Notes under the pieces: model-generated | Told to the model about the DNA's origin: nothing | Databases searched by the model: none | Seen by the model: the letters and a program-made list of their open reading frames with translations, nothing else | Translations under genes and position numbers: made by a program | Shown here: positions 35,761 through 44,970 of the stretch, one piece after another | Numbering within the stretch: the first letter of the stretch is position 1 | Layout: each line of letters opens with the position of its first letter | Source of the DNA: a virus | Taxonomy: Duplodnaviria; Caudoviricetes | Virus record (IMG/VR): IMGVR_UViG_3300049170_000080 | Location: 888 to 64,887 of that record | DNA length: 64,000 bases | Direction: 5' to 3' (one strand)

Positions 35761-36640
35761 AGGCCAGTACGGGCTCGAGGCGACGCCGACGGAGTACGTC
35801 GAGACGATGCGCGCACTGTTCGCCGAGGCGCGGCGCGTGCTCGCCGACGACGGGACGCTCTGGCTGAACCTCGGCGACTCCTACAGCAGCGGCCAAGGCG
35901 CGCTGAACACCGGATTCAACGAGCGGTGGCACGGCGAGGGCACCGGCGGGCAGAGGAAGCAGGAGAAGGGGCGCCCGTCCCGCCGTCGTGACGGCGCCGA
36001 AGTGGCGGCCGCCCGCCGGTCCGTGACGGGGCTGCCGCCCAAGAACCTCCTGATGATCCCCGAGCGGGTGGCCATGGCGCTCCAGGACGACGGCTGGATC
36101 CTCCGCAACAAGATCGTGTGGCACAAGACCAACGCCATGCCGTCGTCCGTGACTGACCGGCTGTCCAACCGGTACGAGCATCTGTTCCTGTTCTCCAAGG
36201 CGGAGCGGTATTGGTTCGACCTGGACCCGATCCGTGAGCCGCACACGATGCGCCCGCAGCGCAGGCCCTCAGGGCACAAGACGCGGCAGAAGCTCGGAGT
36301 CCTGCCAGCACAGACCTTCTCCACATCGCAGCGCGAAGAGCCTGGAGTCGACGGGCACCCGCTCGGCCGGAATCCCGGCGATGTCTGGTCCATTCCGACG
36401 AGGCCCTACCCGGCGGCTCACTTCGCGGTGTTCCCGATCGATTTGCCGCTGCGCTGTATCAAGGCCGGCTGTCGACCGAGTGGAACCGTCCTTGACCCGT
36501 TCTCCGGCTCCGGCACCACCGGCGCAGCAGCGCGGCAGCTCGACCGCCGGTACATCGGCGTCGACCTGAACCCGAAGTACCACGACCTCGCCAAGGACCG
36601 GTTCGCGCAAGGTGTCCTCGACTTCGGCGGTGCCGCGTGA
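35621..36640 (+). CDS. Amino (N4-C/N6-A) DNA methyltransferase, beta class
   Basis: TSPPY motif IV before VLDPFSGSGTT motif I; YIGVDLN. Confidence 0.92.
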   Translation: MNAYYKDDQVTLLLGDSLQVLQTLPDASVDCVITSPPYYGLRDYGAEGQYGLEATPTEYVETMRALFAEARRVLADDGTLWLNLGDSYSSGQGALNTGFNERWHGEGTGGQRKQEKGRPSRRRDGAEVAAARRSVTGLPPKNLLMIPERVAMALQDDGWILRNKIVWHKTNAMPSSVTDRLSNRYEHLFLFSKAERYWFDLDPIREPHTMRPQRRPSGHKTRQKLGVLPAQTFSTSQREEPGVDGHPLGRNPGDVWSIPTRPYPAAHFAVFPIDLPLRCIKAGCRPSGTVLDPFSGSGTTGAAARQLDRRYIGVDLNPKYHDLAKDRFAQGVLDFGGAA

Positions 36641-36729
36641 CCGCGTTCTGCCTGTATCCGCTGGCCGTGTGGCAGTTGACCGCTCGCCCCCCTCACCTAT
36701 CTGTCCCTCAACTTCACAGGACAACGCCC

Positions 36730-37227
36730 ATGACCACGGTCACCCCCAGCTCCATCCACCTCGAGCAGCTCGCCGCGCAGCACGCCTGGCAGGTGTTCCG
36801 GCACCCCAACCGGGAGGTCGACGACAGCGGACTCGACGCCCGCATGAGCGCTGGCGCGTTCCTTGACGTCGCCCTCACCGCGTGGAAGCAGGAGGACAGC
36901 GCGGCCGGCCCGATGCTGTCCGCGCGCGTCGACGGCCCCGATGCCCCCGCCGCTGTCCTGCAGTTTGCCGTGGCCGAGGCCGTCACTCTGTCCCTGGCCG
37001 GCCCCTCGAGCCGCCCGCAGCTGGATTACACGGTGGCGGGCCGGGTGGCGTGCGTGTGGCAGTCCGGCGGGGTGTGGCTCGAGCTGTGGTGCCGAGACAC
37101 CCAGACCACTGTCCGCCCGGAGCCCGCACCGGCCCGTCCGTCCCGGCTTCGCACCCTGCTCGGCCCGGGCGCTCGACTTCCGTTCACCCGACGCGCCACC
37201 ACCCCGAAGGAGACCCCCGCAACATGA
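36730..37227 (+). CDS. Hypothetical protein
   Basis: ATG after agga. Confidence 0.6.
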   Translation: MTTVTPSSIHLEQLAAQHAWQVFRHPNREVDDSGLDARMSAGAFLDVALTAWKQEDSAAGPMLSARVDGPDAPAAVLQFAVAEAVTLSLAGPSSRPQLDYTVAGRVACVWQSGGVWLELWCRDTQTTVRPEPAPARPSRLRTLLGPGARLPFTRRATTPKETPAT

Positions 37228-37781
37228 CCACCAGCACCGACACCCGCGCCCACCCGGGCCGCCGGATCCTGTTCACCCGGTACAGCGACCTCGGCTCCAA
37301 CACCCCCGCCAAGACCGGCATCATCACCGCCCTCGTCCCCGAGCAAGGCGCGTCCCTGAAGATCCGCCTCGACGGCCGGCGCAGCACCCTGCATGTCCCG
37401 CCCGACTACCAGGGCCTCACCTACCTCGACGACGTCACCGAGGTGCCCGAGCTCCCGATGGGACGGTTCACGCCCACCGCGGATGAGCTGGAGGGGGAGT
37501 GGGAGGGCGTCCCCCTGTGCTCGATCGGCGAGGACGGCGACGTCATCGCCCTCACCGACGACCACGCTCAAGCGGTGCACGCGATGGGCGTGTACCGGCG
37601 GGACATGGCCAGCTGCCTCTACAACCCCGACTTCGACGAGATCGACCCGGCCAAGGTTGTCGCCCATTGGGCGGTGTTCGAGTGGGAGCCCGAGGACGCC
37701 GAATGCCCGTGGACGGTCCGCTGGGGCGACGACGTCGAGGGCGAGGACCAGGCCGTCCGCATCCACTACCTGCCCGCCTGA
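37224..37781 (+). CDS. Hypothetical protein
   Basis: aaggag RBS; acidic. Confidence 0.65.
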   Translation: MTTSTDTRAHPGRRILFTRYSDLGSNTPAKTGIITALVPEQGASLKIRLDGRRSTLHVPPDYQGLTYLDDVTEVPELPMGRFTPTADELEGEWEGVPLCSIGEDGDVIALTDDHAQAVHAMGVYRRDMASCLYNPDFDEIDPAKVVAHWAVFEWEPEDAECPWTVRWGDDVEGEDQAVRIHYLPA

Positions 37782-37798
37782 TGAGGAGGTACCACCGC
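37782..37798 (+). repeat. 17-bp RBS-containing direct repeat, copy 1 (copy 2 at 38312..38328)
   Basis: TGAGGAGGTACCACCGC immediately before start codons at 37799 and 38329. Confidence 0.85.
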
Positions 37799-38314
37799 GT
37801 GAGCGCGATCGAGTTGCAGGAACACAGCCCCACCCAATGGTTCTGGGAAGCCGACAGCGACAACTGCCCCCACGGACCCGAACCCGAAGACGACACCGCC
37901 GAAGCGTGGGACATCTGGCAGGAACGCCACACAGGCAGCCCGCAGGACGTCTTCATCTGCCTTGACGCACCCGCCGGTGAAGCCTGCGAGGAGTGTTCTG
38001 GCGATGCCAACGAGTTCGTGTCCTGGTCCGCCTGCGCGGCCCGCCCACGCGTCCGCAAGACCAGCGAAAGCCTCTCTCAGCACCGCGCCGTAACCGTCCC
38101 GGTAGGCAGGCTGGAGTGCCTGGGGCGGGAGTGCGACGACTTCTTCACCGACGACGGCGACGAGATCCCCGGCAAAACCGAGTGCTCGCACCTGCACGAG
38201 ATGGAGATCTGCGAGGCCTGCTCCGAACCGCCGCCGGGAGACGCGGACGAGTTCCCGCCCGTCGTCGCCTGGACGGACTGCAAGCACAAGATCACCGTCA
38301 GCCCCAGCCCTTGA
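37799..38314 (+). CDS. Cys-rich acidic hypothetical protein
   Basis: Multiple CxxC; internal duplication (GDANEF/GDADEF). Confidence 0.65.
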   Translation: MSAIELQEHSPTQWFWEADSDNCPHGPEPEDDTAEAWDIWQERHTGSPQDVFICLDAPAGEACEECSGDANEFVSWSACAARPRVRKTSESLSQHRAVTVPVGRLECLGRECDDFFTDDGDEIPGKTECSHLHEMEICEACSEPPPGDADEFPPVVAWTDCKHKITVSPSP

Positions 38315-38328
38315 GGAGGTACCACCGC

Positions 38329-38910
38329 ATGACCGCAACCCCCGAGACCATCAGCACCGAGACACAGCACCACTTCCTCACGGGGCTCGCCCAGCAGGGC
38401 GGGTACGCACACCGGTTCGCGAAGGCCGGCCAGACCGCCGAGGCCCTGGAACACCTGGGCGCCATCGAACGCCTGGCCGACGCCTACCGCGAAGCCGCGG
38501 GAGTGGTGGAGCGGCAGGCCATCCACCGGCACTTCGGCCTGTCGTACGCCAACTACCTGGTCGTCCCGCGCACCCTGCTGCAGTCCATGCCCGACGTGTG
38601 GCAGGCGAAGTTCGTAGCACTGCTCGACCAGCTGGATGAGGCGTTCGCGCACATCCCGCGGGCCGACGTGTACGACGTCACCGCGGGCAAGGAGGACCTA
38701 CTGCGGGACATGACCGAGACCGAGCTGTACCAGGCGGGCGTCGAGGTCACCGGGGACGACGAATTGGGCCATGGCCCGGACACTGTGTATCGGCGGATCT
38801 CGGACGGCGCAGTGCTGGAGGGCGACTCGTACGGCTTCCGCCCGGGCGTGGACCCGGTGCCGCCCTACAACCGCGCCCGCATCGAGCCGCGCCTGGACGG
38901 TGGCGCGTGA
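38329..38910 (+). CDS. Hypothetical protein
   Basis: HFGLSYANYLVVPRTLLQSMP..WQ motif recalled from actinophage proteins. Confidence 0.65.
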   Translation: MTATPETISTETQHHFLTGLAQQGGYAHRFAKAGQTAEALEHLGAIERLADAYREAAGVVERQAIHRHFGLSYANYLVVPRTLLQSMPDVWQAKFVALLDQLDEAFAHIPRADVYDVTAGKEDLLRDMTETELYQAGVEVTGDDELGHGPDTVYRRISDGAVLEGDSYGFRPGVDPVPPYNRARIEPRLDGGA

Positions 38911-39467
38911 CCATCCTCGAGCTGATGCCCACCAGCACGGATCTGGACGTCGTCGTCGACCACCGAACGGATCTGGCCGGCGGGACCATGTCCGCCGCGT
39001 TCGACCAGTCCCGCACCTACCGATACCTCCTGACCCGTATCTGGGACCCAGCCGTGCCGCCGCTGGTGTTCGTCATGCTCAACCCGTCCACCGCGGACGC
39101 TTCCGACGACGACCCGACGATCCGGCGCTGCCTGGGCTTCTGTCGACGGGAGAGGGCGGGCGGCCTGGTCGTGGTGAACCTGTTCGGGCTGCGTTCCACC
39201 GACCCGCGCGCCCTGCTCCACCACCCCGATCCGGTCGGCCCGTACAACGACGCATTCGTACGGCAGGCCACCGACATGACCGACACTGTGGTCTGCGCGT
39301 GGGGTGCGGCCGGCGTCACCAGGGACCGCGGGCAGGAGGTCACCCGGGCGCTGACGGCCCGGAGGGTGCCGCTGCACTGTCTGGGGAAGACGTCGACGGG
39401 GCAGCCCAAGCATCCGCTGTACCTGCCGAAGGGCGCCGCCCTCGAGCCGTACGAGACCGCGGCGTGA
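38907..39467 (+). CDS. DUF1643-family protein
   Basis: YRYLLTRIW, FVMLNPSTAD..DDPTIRRC, VVNLF, AWG, PKHPLY. Confidence 0.9.
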   Translation: MTILELMPTSTDLDVVVDHRTDLAGGTMSAAFDQSRTYRYLLTRIWDPAVPPLVFVMLNPSTADASDDDPTIRRCLGFCRRERAGGLVVVNLFGLRSTDPRALLHHPDPVGPYNDAFVRQATDMTDTVVCAWGAAGVTRDRGQEVTRALTARRVPLHCLGKTSTGQPKHPLYLPKGAALEPYETAA

Positions 39468-39853
39468 GCGCCCCGGTTCAGGCGGGTCCGTCCCTTCAGG
39501 GTGGCGGGCCTGCCGCGTCTCTCACCGCACGTGAGTTGGAACTCCTGACACGAGTCGCAACAGGCGAGACGTACCCACAGATCGCCAAGGACTGGGTCGT
39601 CGCTGAGATCACCGTCCGTACCACCGGTGTCCGCGTCATGCGGAAGCTGGGCGCATCCACGATCGCCAACGCGGTGTTCTTGGCCTGCCGGGCCGGCATT
39701 CTCGACCCGAACCGGCGCCACGGCGATCATCCCGGGTTCGCTGCTCACAAGTACTACGGCGAGGAGCCGTGTGAGGCGTGCTGGGAGGGCGAGCGCGCGT
39801 ACCGACGGGAGCTTCGTGCTGCCCGGAAACGTTCGGCGGGCGCCGCAGCGTAG
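39464..39853 (+). CDS. LuxR-type HTH regulator
   Basis: LTARELELLTRVATGETYPQIA..VMRKLGA; C-terminal HG..H..E.PCEAC. Confidence 0.8.
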   Translation: MSAPVQAGPSLQGGGPAASLTARELELLTRVATGETYPQIAKDWVVAEITVRTTGVRVMRKLGASTIANAVFLACRAGILDPNRRHGDHPGFAAHKYYGEEPCEACWEGERAYRRELRAARKRSAGAAA

Positions 39854-39922
39854 CCCTCAAATCGCCGCATCTTAGACATTGTCACCGGCGGGTAAGACCG
39901 ATCAACGCCCCGGGAGGGCTCC

Positions 39923-40165
39923 GTGCGTCGCATCCCACTCGTGATTGCCGAATGCGCCCTCGTGGCCGCGATAGCCGCGGGCACCGCCTGGGCGTGGATG
40001 TACTTCACCGGCAGCTGGACCCTCACGTTCGGCTCCATCCTCGCCTGCACTGCCATCACAGTCGCGGCCACGCATGTGGTGGAGGCCGCCGTCAGGCGGG
40101 TTCGCCGCGGCCGGCGCCGCAGAGCACACGCCCGACCCCACCCCAAGATTCGGAAGGCCCTCTGA
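39923..40165 (+). CDS. Small two-TM membrane protein
   Basis: Two hydrophobic segments, Arg-rich tail. Confidence 0.55.
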   Translation: MRRIPLVIAECALVAAIAAGTAWAWMYFTGSWTLTFGSILACTAITVAATHVVEAAVRRVRRGRRRRAHARPHPKIRKAL

Positions 40166-40464
40166 TGCACCTCACGCTCATCACCATCGGCAACTTCGTC
40201 ATCTGGCCGACCGTGCTGGCTTCCTTCTTCGGTCGCATCAGCCCCCCTCAGGCCAGCGGCATCGTGGCACTCGGCAACGCTCCCATCATCGCTGCGTTCG
40301 CCCTAGACGGGTCGGAGAGTGTGGCGTCGGCCTTTGCCGGTCTGGCCGCCCTCAACGCATGGGGCTGGTGGCACGGGGGTGGCAGTGACGGCACGCGTCG
40401 CCGGCTGAGGTCGTGGAAGCGCCGTTTCCAGGGCGTCCGCCGCACTGCCCCCTCGCACGCGTAA
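40165..40464 (+). CDS. Membrane protein
   Basis: TGATG overlap; hydrophobic; WWHGGG..RRRLR..RRTAP tail. Confidence 0.6.
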   Translation: MHLTLITIGNFVIWPTVLASFFGRISPPQASGIVALGNAPIIAAFALDGSESVASAFAGLAALNAWGWWHGGGSDGTRRRLRSWKRRFQGVRRTAPSHA

Positions 40465-40499
40465 GCCCCGACCAAGACCAGAAAGGACACCGCCTCCGC

Positions 40500-40994
40500 A
40501 TGCCCCGTGATGAACTCAAGCAGACACAGGCCGAGTTGCTCTTGGCCCAGCGGCACGCCCACAACACTGACGCTGAGCGGGCTGAGATGGAGGCCCGCCT
40601 GCGCACCGAGCAGGCCGCCACCGCGCGGGCCCACGCGCGCGCCGCCCGCGCGTACGCCGAGGGGGTCAGCGCGCACGCTGCACTCGCCGAGGTGCGGCGC
40701 CTGTGCGACACCACGATCGCAGCGTCCTCCCGTGTCCAGGCCGTGGAGCAGGCACGCGACACCCTCGCCGCCATCGACTCCGTGATGGAAGGCCCGACCT
40801 TGCCGGGGGACGCCGCCTGGCACTCGGTGTGGCTGCACGGCAACTGGCGCTACCTGACCAAGCAGATGACCACGCCGGAGCGGGAGCACGCCGCGGACGC
40901 TGTCGCCCGGTACGGCGCCTACCTGACCAACGAGGACCCGGACCTCGGGCCTGCGGAGCCGGAGGACCTGCGCTGGTGGAGGGACGACCGGTGA
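40500..40994 (+). CDS. Hypothetical protein (coiled coil)
   Basis: gaaagga RBS; WHSVWLHGNWRYLT motif. Confidence 0.6.
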   Translation: MPRDELKQTQAELLLAQRHAHNTDAERAEMEARLRTEQAATARAHARAARAYAEGVSAHAALAEVRRLCDTTIAASSRVQAVEQARDTLAAIDSVMEGPTLPGDAAWHSVWLHGNWRYLTKQMTTPEREHAADAVARYGAYLTNEDPDLGPAEPEDLRWWRDDR

Positions 40995-41425
40995 GCGTTG
41001 ACGTGCACCTGGGAGACCGCCAGGGCCTGGACCGGGCGCGCCGCTACCTGGCCCCGGTCGCCGAGTACGCCACGGACGGCGTGCATTGGTCGGTGTACCA
41101 GTGGCTGCCGATGTTCGAGGCGTGGGCGACGGGCATGTCGCTGTGCGGGGGCAGCATGCGGCAGGGCCCGCTGCCGGAGGGCACGACGGTGACGTGCGTG
41201 CGGTGTGAGGAGTGGCGGCCGAAGTACGAGCGGATGCTGGCTCCCGGCTACCGGCCGGAGGACGACGACCCCGAGGTGCTGAGGGCCCGGCTGGAGCGGA
41301 TCCGCGCGGAGGTGGCGCTGCTGTGCGACTGCTGCGCCGACAGCCGGGAGCGCATGGGCCGGATCCGTGCCGAGCTGGGTCTGGGCACCGATGGCTACCT
41401 CCCGGAGGACGGTGAGGGGTCGTGA
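40991..41425 (+). CDS. Hypothetical protein
   Basis: GTGA overlap; LCG..CVRC. Confidence 0.6.
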   Translation: MSVDVHLGDRQGLDRARRYLAPVAEYATDGVHWSVYQWLPMFEAWATGMSLCGGSMRQGPLPEGTTVTCVRCEEWRPKYERMLAPGYRPEDDDPEVLRARLERIRAEVALLCDCCADSRERMGRIRAELGLGTDGYLPEDGEGS

Positions 41426-41700
41426 GCGCGGCGGGTGGGTCGGCGGCGCGTTGGGCTGCGCAGCAGCGTGCGGACGCCCTTGCCGCAGAGTGGCACCGAA
41501 GGCACCAGCGGCTCGAGGAGCTGACCAAGCGCGGCCCGGAAGCACAGGTGGCCATTGTGGAGCACGTTCGTGGCGAGCTGGTCGGCCTGCGTGGAGCCCT
41601 TGGCATCCTCCTGGGCGGCGAGGTGGAGGGTGGCACGGCGGACCTGTTGGGCTGGTCCTACTACCAGGAGTGGCTGGGCCGGCAGGGGGTGGAGGGGTGA
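41422..41700 (+). CDS. Hypothetical protein
   Basis: GTGA overlaps at both ends. Confidence 0.55.
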   Translation: MSAAGGSAARWAAQQRADALAAEWHRRHQRLEELTKRGPEAQVAIVEHVRGELVGLRGALGILLGGEVEGGTADLLGWSYYQEWLGRQGVEG

Positions 41701-42311
41701 GTGCTGGGGGTTCGGCCGCGCGGTGGGGCCGGGAGCAGCGTGCGCACGCCCGGCGGGGTGTGTGGCGTCGTGTGCTGGCCGCGTTGGGCGTCACGGTGCA
41801 CACGCGCAGGGCGGACGCTCGGGCGGCGGCCTGTGACGCCGGCGCGGTCGGGGAGGCCCGGACGGCGGTGCTGTTAGCGCCGCTCGAGCTGTGCGGGTGG
41901 TGGGTGTTGCACGACCGGCGGATACCGGGTGCCCGCCGGGCGAACGCCGACCACGTCGTGATCTCCCCGGCCGCCCGGGTGTACCTGGTGGACTCGAAGC
42001 TGTGGTCGGCGAAGTGGCCGGTGCACCTCGAGGGCGACCGGCTGATGCATGGGAGGGTCGACCGGTCCCGGGTGGTGGCGTCGCTGTTGTACGAGACGGA
42101 CCTGGCGGGCCGGGCGCTGGGGGTGGTGGTGCAGCCGTTGATGGCGGTGCACAACGCCACCGTTGCCGGCGGCGGGTTCTACGTGGAGGGGATACCGGTG
42201 CTCCCCGCGGCCGCGTTGGAGCAGGCGCTGGTGTTCAACGAAGGGCCGCGGGATCCGGGGGCGGCCGCGCTGGCGGTGCGCGCCGCGCAGATCCTTCCGC
42301 CCTACACGTAG
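41697..42311 (+). CDS. NERD (nuclease-related domain) protein
   Basis: GAVGEARTA..W.VLHD..NADHVVI..VYLVDSK. Confidence 0.85.
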   Translation: MSAGGSAARWGREQRAHARRGVWRRVLAALGVTVHTRRADARAAACDAGAVGEARTAVLLAPLELCGWWVLHDRRIPGARRANADHVVISPAARVYLVDSKLWSAKWPVHLEGDRLMHGRVDRSRVVASLLYETDLAGRALGVVVQPLMAVHNATVAGGGFYVEGIPVLPAAALEQALVFNEGPRDPGAAALAVRAAQILPPYT

Positions 42312-42453
42312 CGGGGCGTACGGTGATCGCATCGCCTGGGAAGCAGAGGACGGCCCGCGGCTCTTCGGAGCTGCGGGCCGTCTTTCTTGCGTTCCGGTCC
42401 GGAGCGAAGGGCCAGGTCGCGGGGTGTCCGCCCACGCCCGTAGACTCGCAAGT

Positions 42454-42798
42454 ATGTTCGATGATCTGCCGCCTGACCTGGACCGTCTTGAGGTTTTGCG
42501 GACCTGGCATGCGATGTGGGTGGCGCGCATCGACGAGAAGATCAAGCAGGTCCGATTGGCGCAGGAGCAGCAGGCGCGCGTGGCCGCGGAGGCGGAACGC
42601 AGGGCGCCGGACTGGCTGATCGAGTACGGGCTGAACCGCGACGCGATCCCGAACACGGTGCACACGGGGGACTGCCGCATGACGGGCAAGCGGGCGAAGG
42701 GCGTGGACTCGGACACGGCGCGCCGGGCCCTGGCGGGCGGGGTGGAGGCGTGCATGCACTGCCGGCCGGACACGGAACTCGGCTACCTCGAGGGCTGA
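42454..42798 (+). CDS. DUF6233-like protein, probably leaderless
   Basis: LPPDLDRL..W..VHTGDC..C.HCRPDTELG; TAGACT at 42441-42446, 7 nt before ATG. Confidence 0.75.
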   Translation: MFDDLPPDLDRLEVLRTWHAMWVARIDEKIKQVRLAQEQQARVAAEAERRAPDWLIEYGLNRDAIPNTVHTGDCRMTGKRAKGVDSDTARRALAGGVEACMHCRPDTELGYLEG

Positions 42799-42923
42799 GC
42801 CCTCCTGGTGGGAGGCTTCCGCCGTGTCGGGGTGGGGCGTACGGTGAGTCCTCCCTGGGGGCACCCATCGACGGCCCGCAGCTCTACGGAGCTGCGGGCC
42901 GCTGTTGTGCGTGTAGTGCGTGG

Positions 42924-43628
42924 CTACTCGAGCAGGTCGGCGACGTGGCGGGCGATCTGCTGCTCGTCGGTGATGAAAGCGCCCTTGCTCCCGGCGTTGT
43001 TGGTGGCGTCCTCGTCGTAGCGGGTGGGGCGCGCCAGCAGTCCGCCAGCGAGCCTCTTCCACTTCTGCTCAACGGTCTGCACCGGCACCCGGAACTCGGC
43101 CGCCTCCGGGTGCTCGCGCTCCAGGAGCAGCGATGCCACCGTCGGCAGCAGCTCCTTCACGGGGTAGTTGGGCTGCTCGGCCGGCTGGGCTTCCACGGCC
43201 TGCACCAGCTCGATCTGGACGGGGTCGCTGTCCAACTGGGTCATCAGGTCGACGCGGACGCAGGTGGCTCCCGCGCGGGAGAGGTACCAGGCCTGCTGCT
43301 CGTTGCCGATGGTCATCCAGCCCCGCAGGTGCATGGCGTCGGCGACGCGCGGCCACAGGGCGGAGCGGGCGCGGAGCCACACCACGACCGGGAGGCCGGG
43401 TACTGCGGCGGGCTGGTCGGGGTCGGCGCGCAGGATGCGGGTGATAACCGTGCGGTCCTTGCGGTCGATGGCCTTGGCGATCTGGGTGGCGGAGCGTTTG
43501 CCGACCGTGTGGGCGTCGCGGACGGTCTGCTCGTACACCTGGACGGCATGGTCTCTGCTGGCGCGGGCGGTGCGGATCTTCTCGTCCCAGTCCGGGCCGC
43601 TGGGCTGGGTGGGCTGCTCGGTGCTCAT
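42924..43628 (-). CDS. Putative HTH-containing protein
   Basis: SATQIAKAIDRKDRTVITRIL. Confidence 0.6.
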   Translation of the reverse strand: MSTEQPTQPSGPDWDEKIRTARASRDHAVQVYEQTVRDAHTVGKRSATQIAKAIDRKDRTVITRILRADPDQPAAVPGLPVVVWLRARSALWPRVADAMHLRGWMTIGNEQQAWYLSRAGATCVRVDLMTQLDSDPVQIELVQAVEAQPAEQPNYPVKELLPTVASLLLEREHPEAAEFRVPVQTVEQKWKRLAGGLLARPTRYDEDATNNAGSKGAFITDEQQIARHVADLLE

Positions 43629-43652
43629 GGCGGGGTTCCTTTGCGGGCCGGG

Positions 43653-44465
43653 TCAGGCGGTGATGATCCAGCCGGACGGGGTGCGGGTGGCGGCGATGCG
43701 CCCGGTGGCGGCCCATCGGCGCACGGTGCGCGGGGAGACCTTGGCGTGTCCGGCGTAGGCGGTGGTGGACAGCCCCGCCGGGCCGTCGGTGACGGGAATG
43801 GTGATGGTGACGACGCCGGTGGTGTCCTGCTCCGCGGCCTGCACGGACGACGTCTCGGCGTTGGTGTCGGCGGTGTCGGCGATGGTGTGGCCGTGCTCGG
43901 CCAGCGTGCGGTCGATGTCCGCGAGCTGGGCCACAAGCTGCTCCCGCCTGGCCACGAGGGCGTCGATGTCGATGGTGGAGCCGACGATGGTCAGCCCGGG
44001 GAGGTCGTCGGAGACGGCGGCGCGCGGGATGTCACGGACCTCGATGACGGTGTCGTTCTCCGGTTCAAGCGCCGGGTACTTGGTGCTGCCGCCGCTGTAG
44101 GCGAAGCCCCCGCTGATGAGGACGACGTTGGAGCCGAGGCGGACTGCTTCGTCTCGGAAGCGCCGGGAGGCGACGACGCGCCCGGCGAGGAAGAGCTCGT
44201 TGTCGCCCTTGGTGTGCCCGAAGCGGCTGATGTTCCAGCGGACGGTGACGAGGTCGGCCTGGTCGGTGGGGCTGCCGTCGGTGCCGTAGATGTCGCGGAG
44301 GAGTTCGCGCAGGCGCTCCTCGTCGCGGGGGTCGAAGGTCCACTGGCGGTGGCCGCTGTCCCAGCGTCCGCCCATGGCCTTGGCGTCGGCGACGAAGTCG
44401 GCGTTGTAGGGGCTGGTGACGGCGAGGCGTCCGTTGGTGAGGGTGGTGATCTGGATGTCGCTCAT
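43653..44465 (-). CDS. Protein with DUF5710-like N-terminus and C-terminal HTH
   Basis: SPYNADFV..AKAMGGRWD..W; LSTTAYAGHAKVSPRTVRRWAATG. Confidence 0.65.
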   Translation of the reverse strand: MSDIQITTLTNGRLAVTSPYNADFVADAKAMGGRWDSGHRQWTFDPRDEERLRELLRDIYGTDGSPTDQADLVTVRWNISRFGHTKGDNELFLAGRVVASRRFRDEAVRLGSNVVLISGGFAYSGGSTKYPALEPENDTVIEVRDIPRAAVSDDLPGLTIVGSTIDIDALVARREQLVAQLADIDRTLAEHGHTIADTADTNAETSSVQAAEQDTTGVVTITIPVTDGPAGLSTTAYAGHAKVSPRTVRRWAATGRIAATRTPSGWIITA

Positions 44466-44510
44466 GAGTGCTTCCCGTCGTCGGGGCGGGGACCTGTCCC
44501 CCCGCGTTGT

Positions 44511-44546
44511 GTATGAGAAGCATACGCGAATGTATGCGTGCCATAC
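44511..44546. promoter_or_regulatory. Tandem operator GTATG-N5-CATAC x2
   Basis: 44511-44525 and 44532-44546, 21 bp apart, upstream of the HTH gene pair. Confidence 0.7.
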
Positions 44547-44593
44547 AAGGGGTTGCGTGAGGAAGACCCCCCAGCCGGAGGGCCCTCATCAAC

Positions 44594-44743
44594 GATCACA
44601 CCCCCGCGAGTGCGGGGAAAGAAGCAACGAACCAGGTCAGGAACGGCTCGTTCATCGGAACACCCCCGCAAGTGCGGGGAGCACAGCGGCCATCCGCTAC
44701 TAAAGGGCGGGCCACGGGCCATCCCCGCAACTGCGGGGAACGC
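44594..44743 (-). CRISPR. Type I-E-like CRISPR mini-array, 3 repeats / 2 spacers, no cas genes in window
   Basis: 29-bp repeats at 44594, 44656, 44715; middle copy on minus = GTGCTCCCCGCACTTGCGGGGGTGTTCCG; all have CCCCGC-N4-GCGGGG stem; spacers 33 and 30 bp. Confidence 0.8.
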
Positions 44744-44812
44744 CGCCCGGTCTCCCCGGCGGCCCGACCACTATGGCATCCCGCACTGACAACGCGCAGG
44801 GAAACAGAGAAG

Positions 44813-44828
44813 CCCCGTCGCGACGGGG
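44813..44828. terminator. Terminator-like palindrome
   Basis: CCCCGTCGCGACGGGG downstream of minus-strand operon. Confidence 0.5.
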
Positions 44829-44970
44829 GACGCACGACGGGGCCTGACGGAAGTGTGGCATGCGGCCCCGGCATCGGGGCGTAGATACGCGCTAGGGACG
44901 TCTCCCGCCGACAGGAGACGCCCCTCGAGCGCGCTGGACGACAGCCTGTCAGACGGCACCGGCAACAGCC

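Noticed and set aside
42516-44516. 666-aa plus-strand ORF
   Set aside because: Antisense shadow of two minus-strand genes; Gly/Val/Ala bias reflects reverse-complement codons
44623-44714. Self-targeting by the mini-array spacers
   Set aside because: No match seen by eye in this window; needs a computed search, so neither claimed nor excluded
44772-44805. Possible fourth CRISPR repeat (catcccgcac..gcgcagggaaac)
   Set aside because: Roughly in period, but the stem is broken and the length is wrong; too degenerate to count
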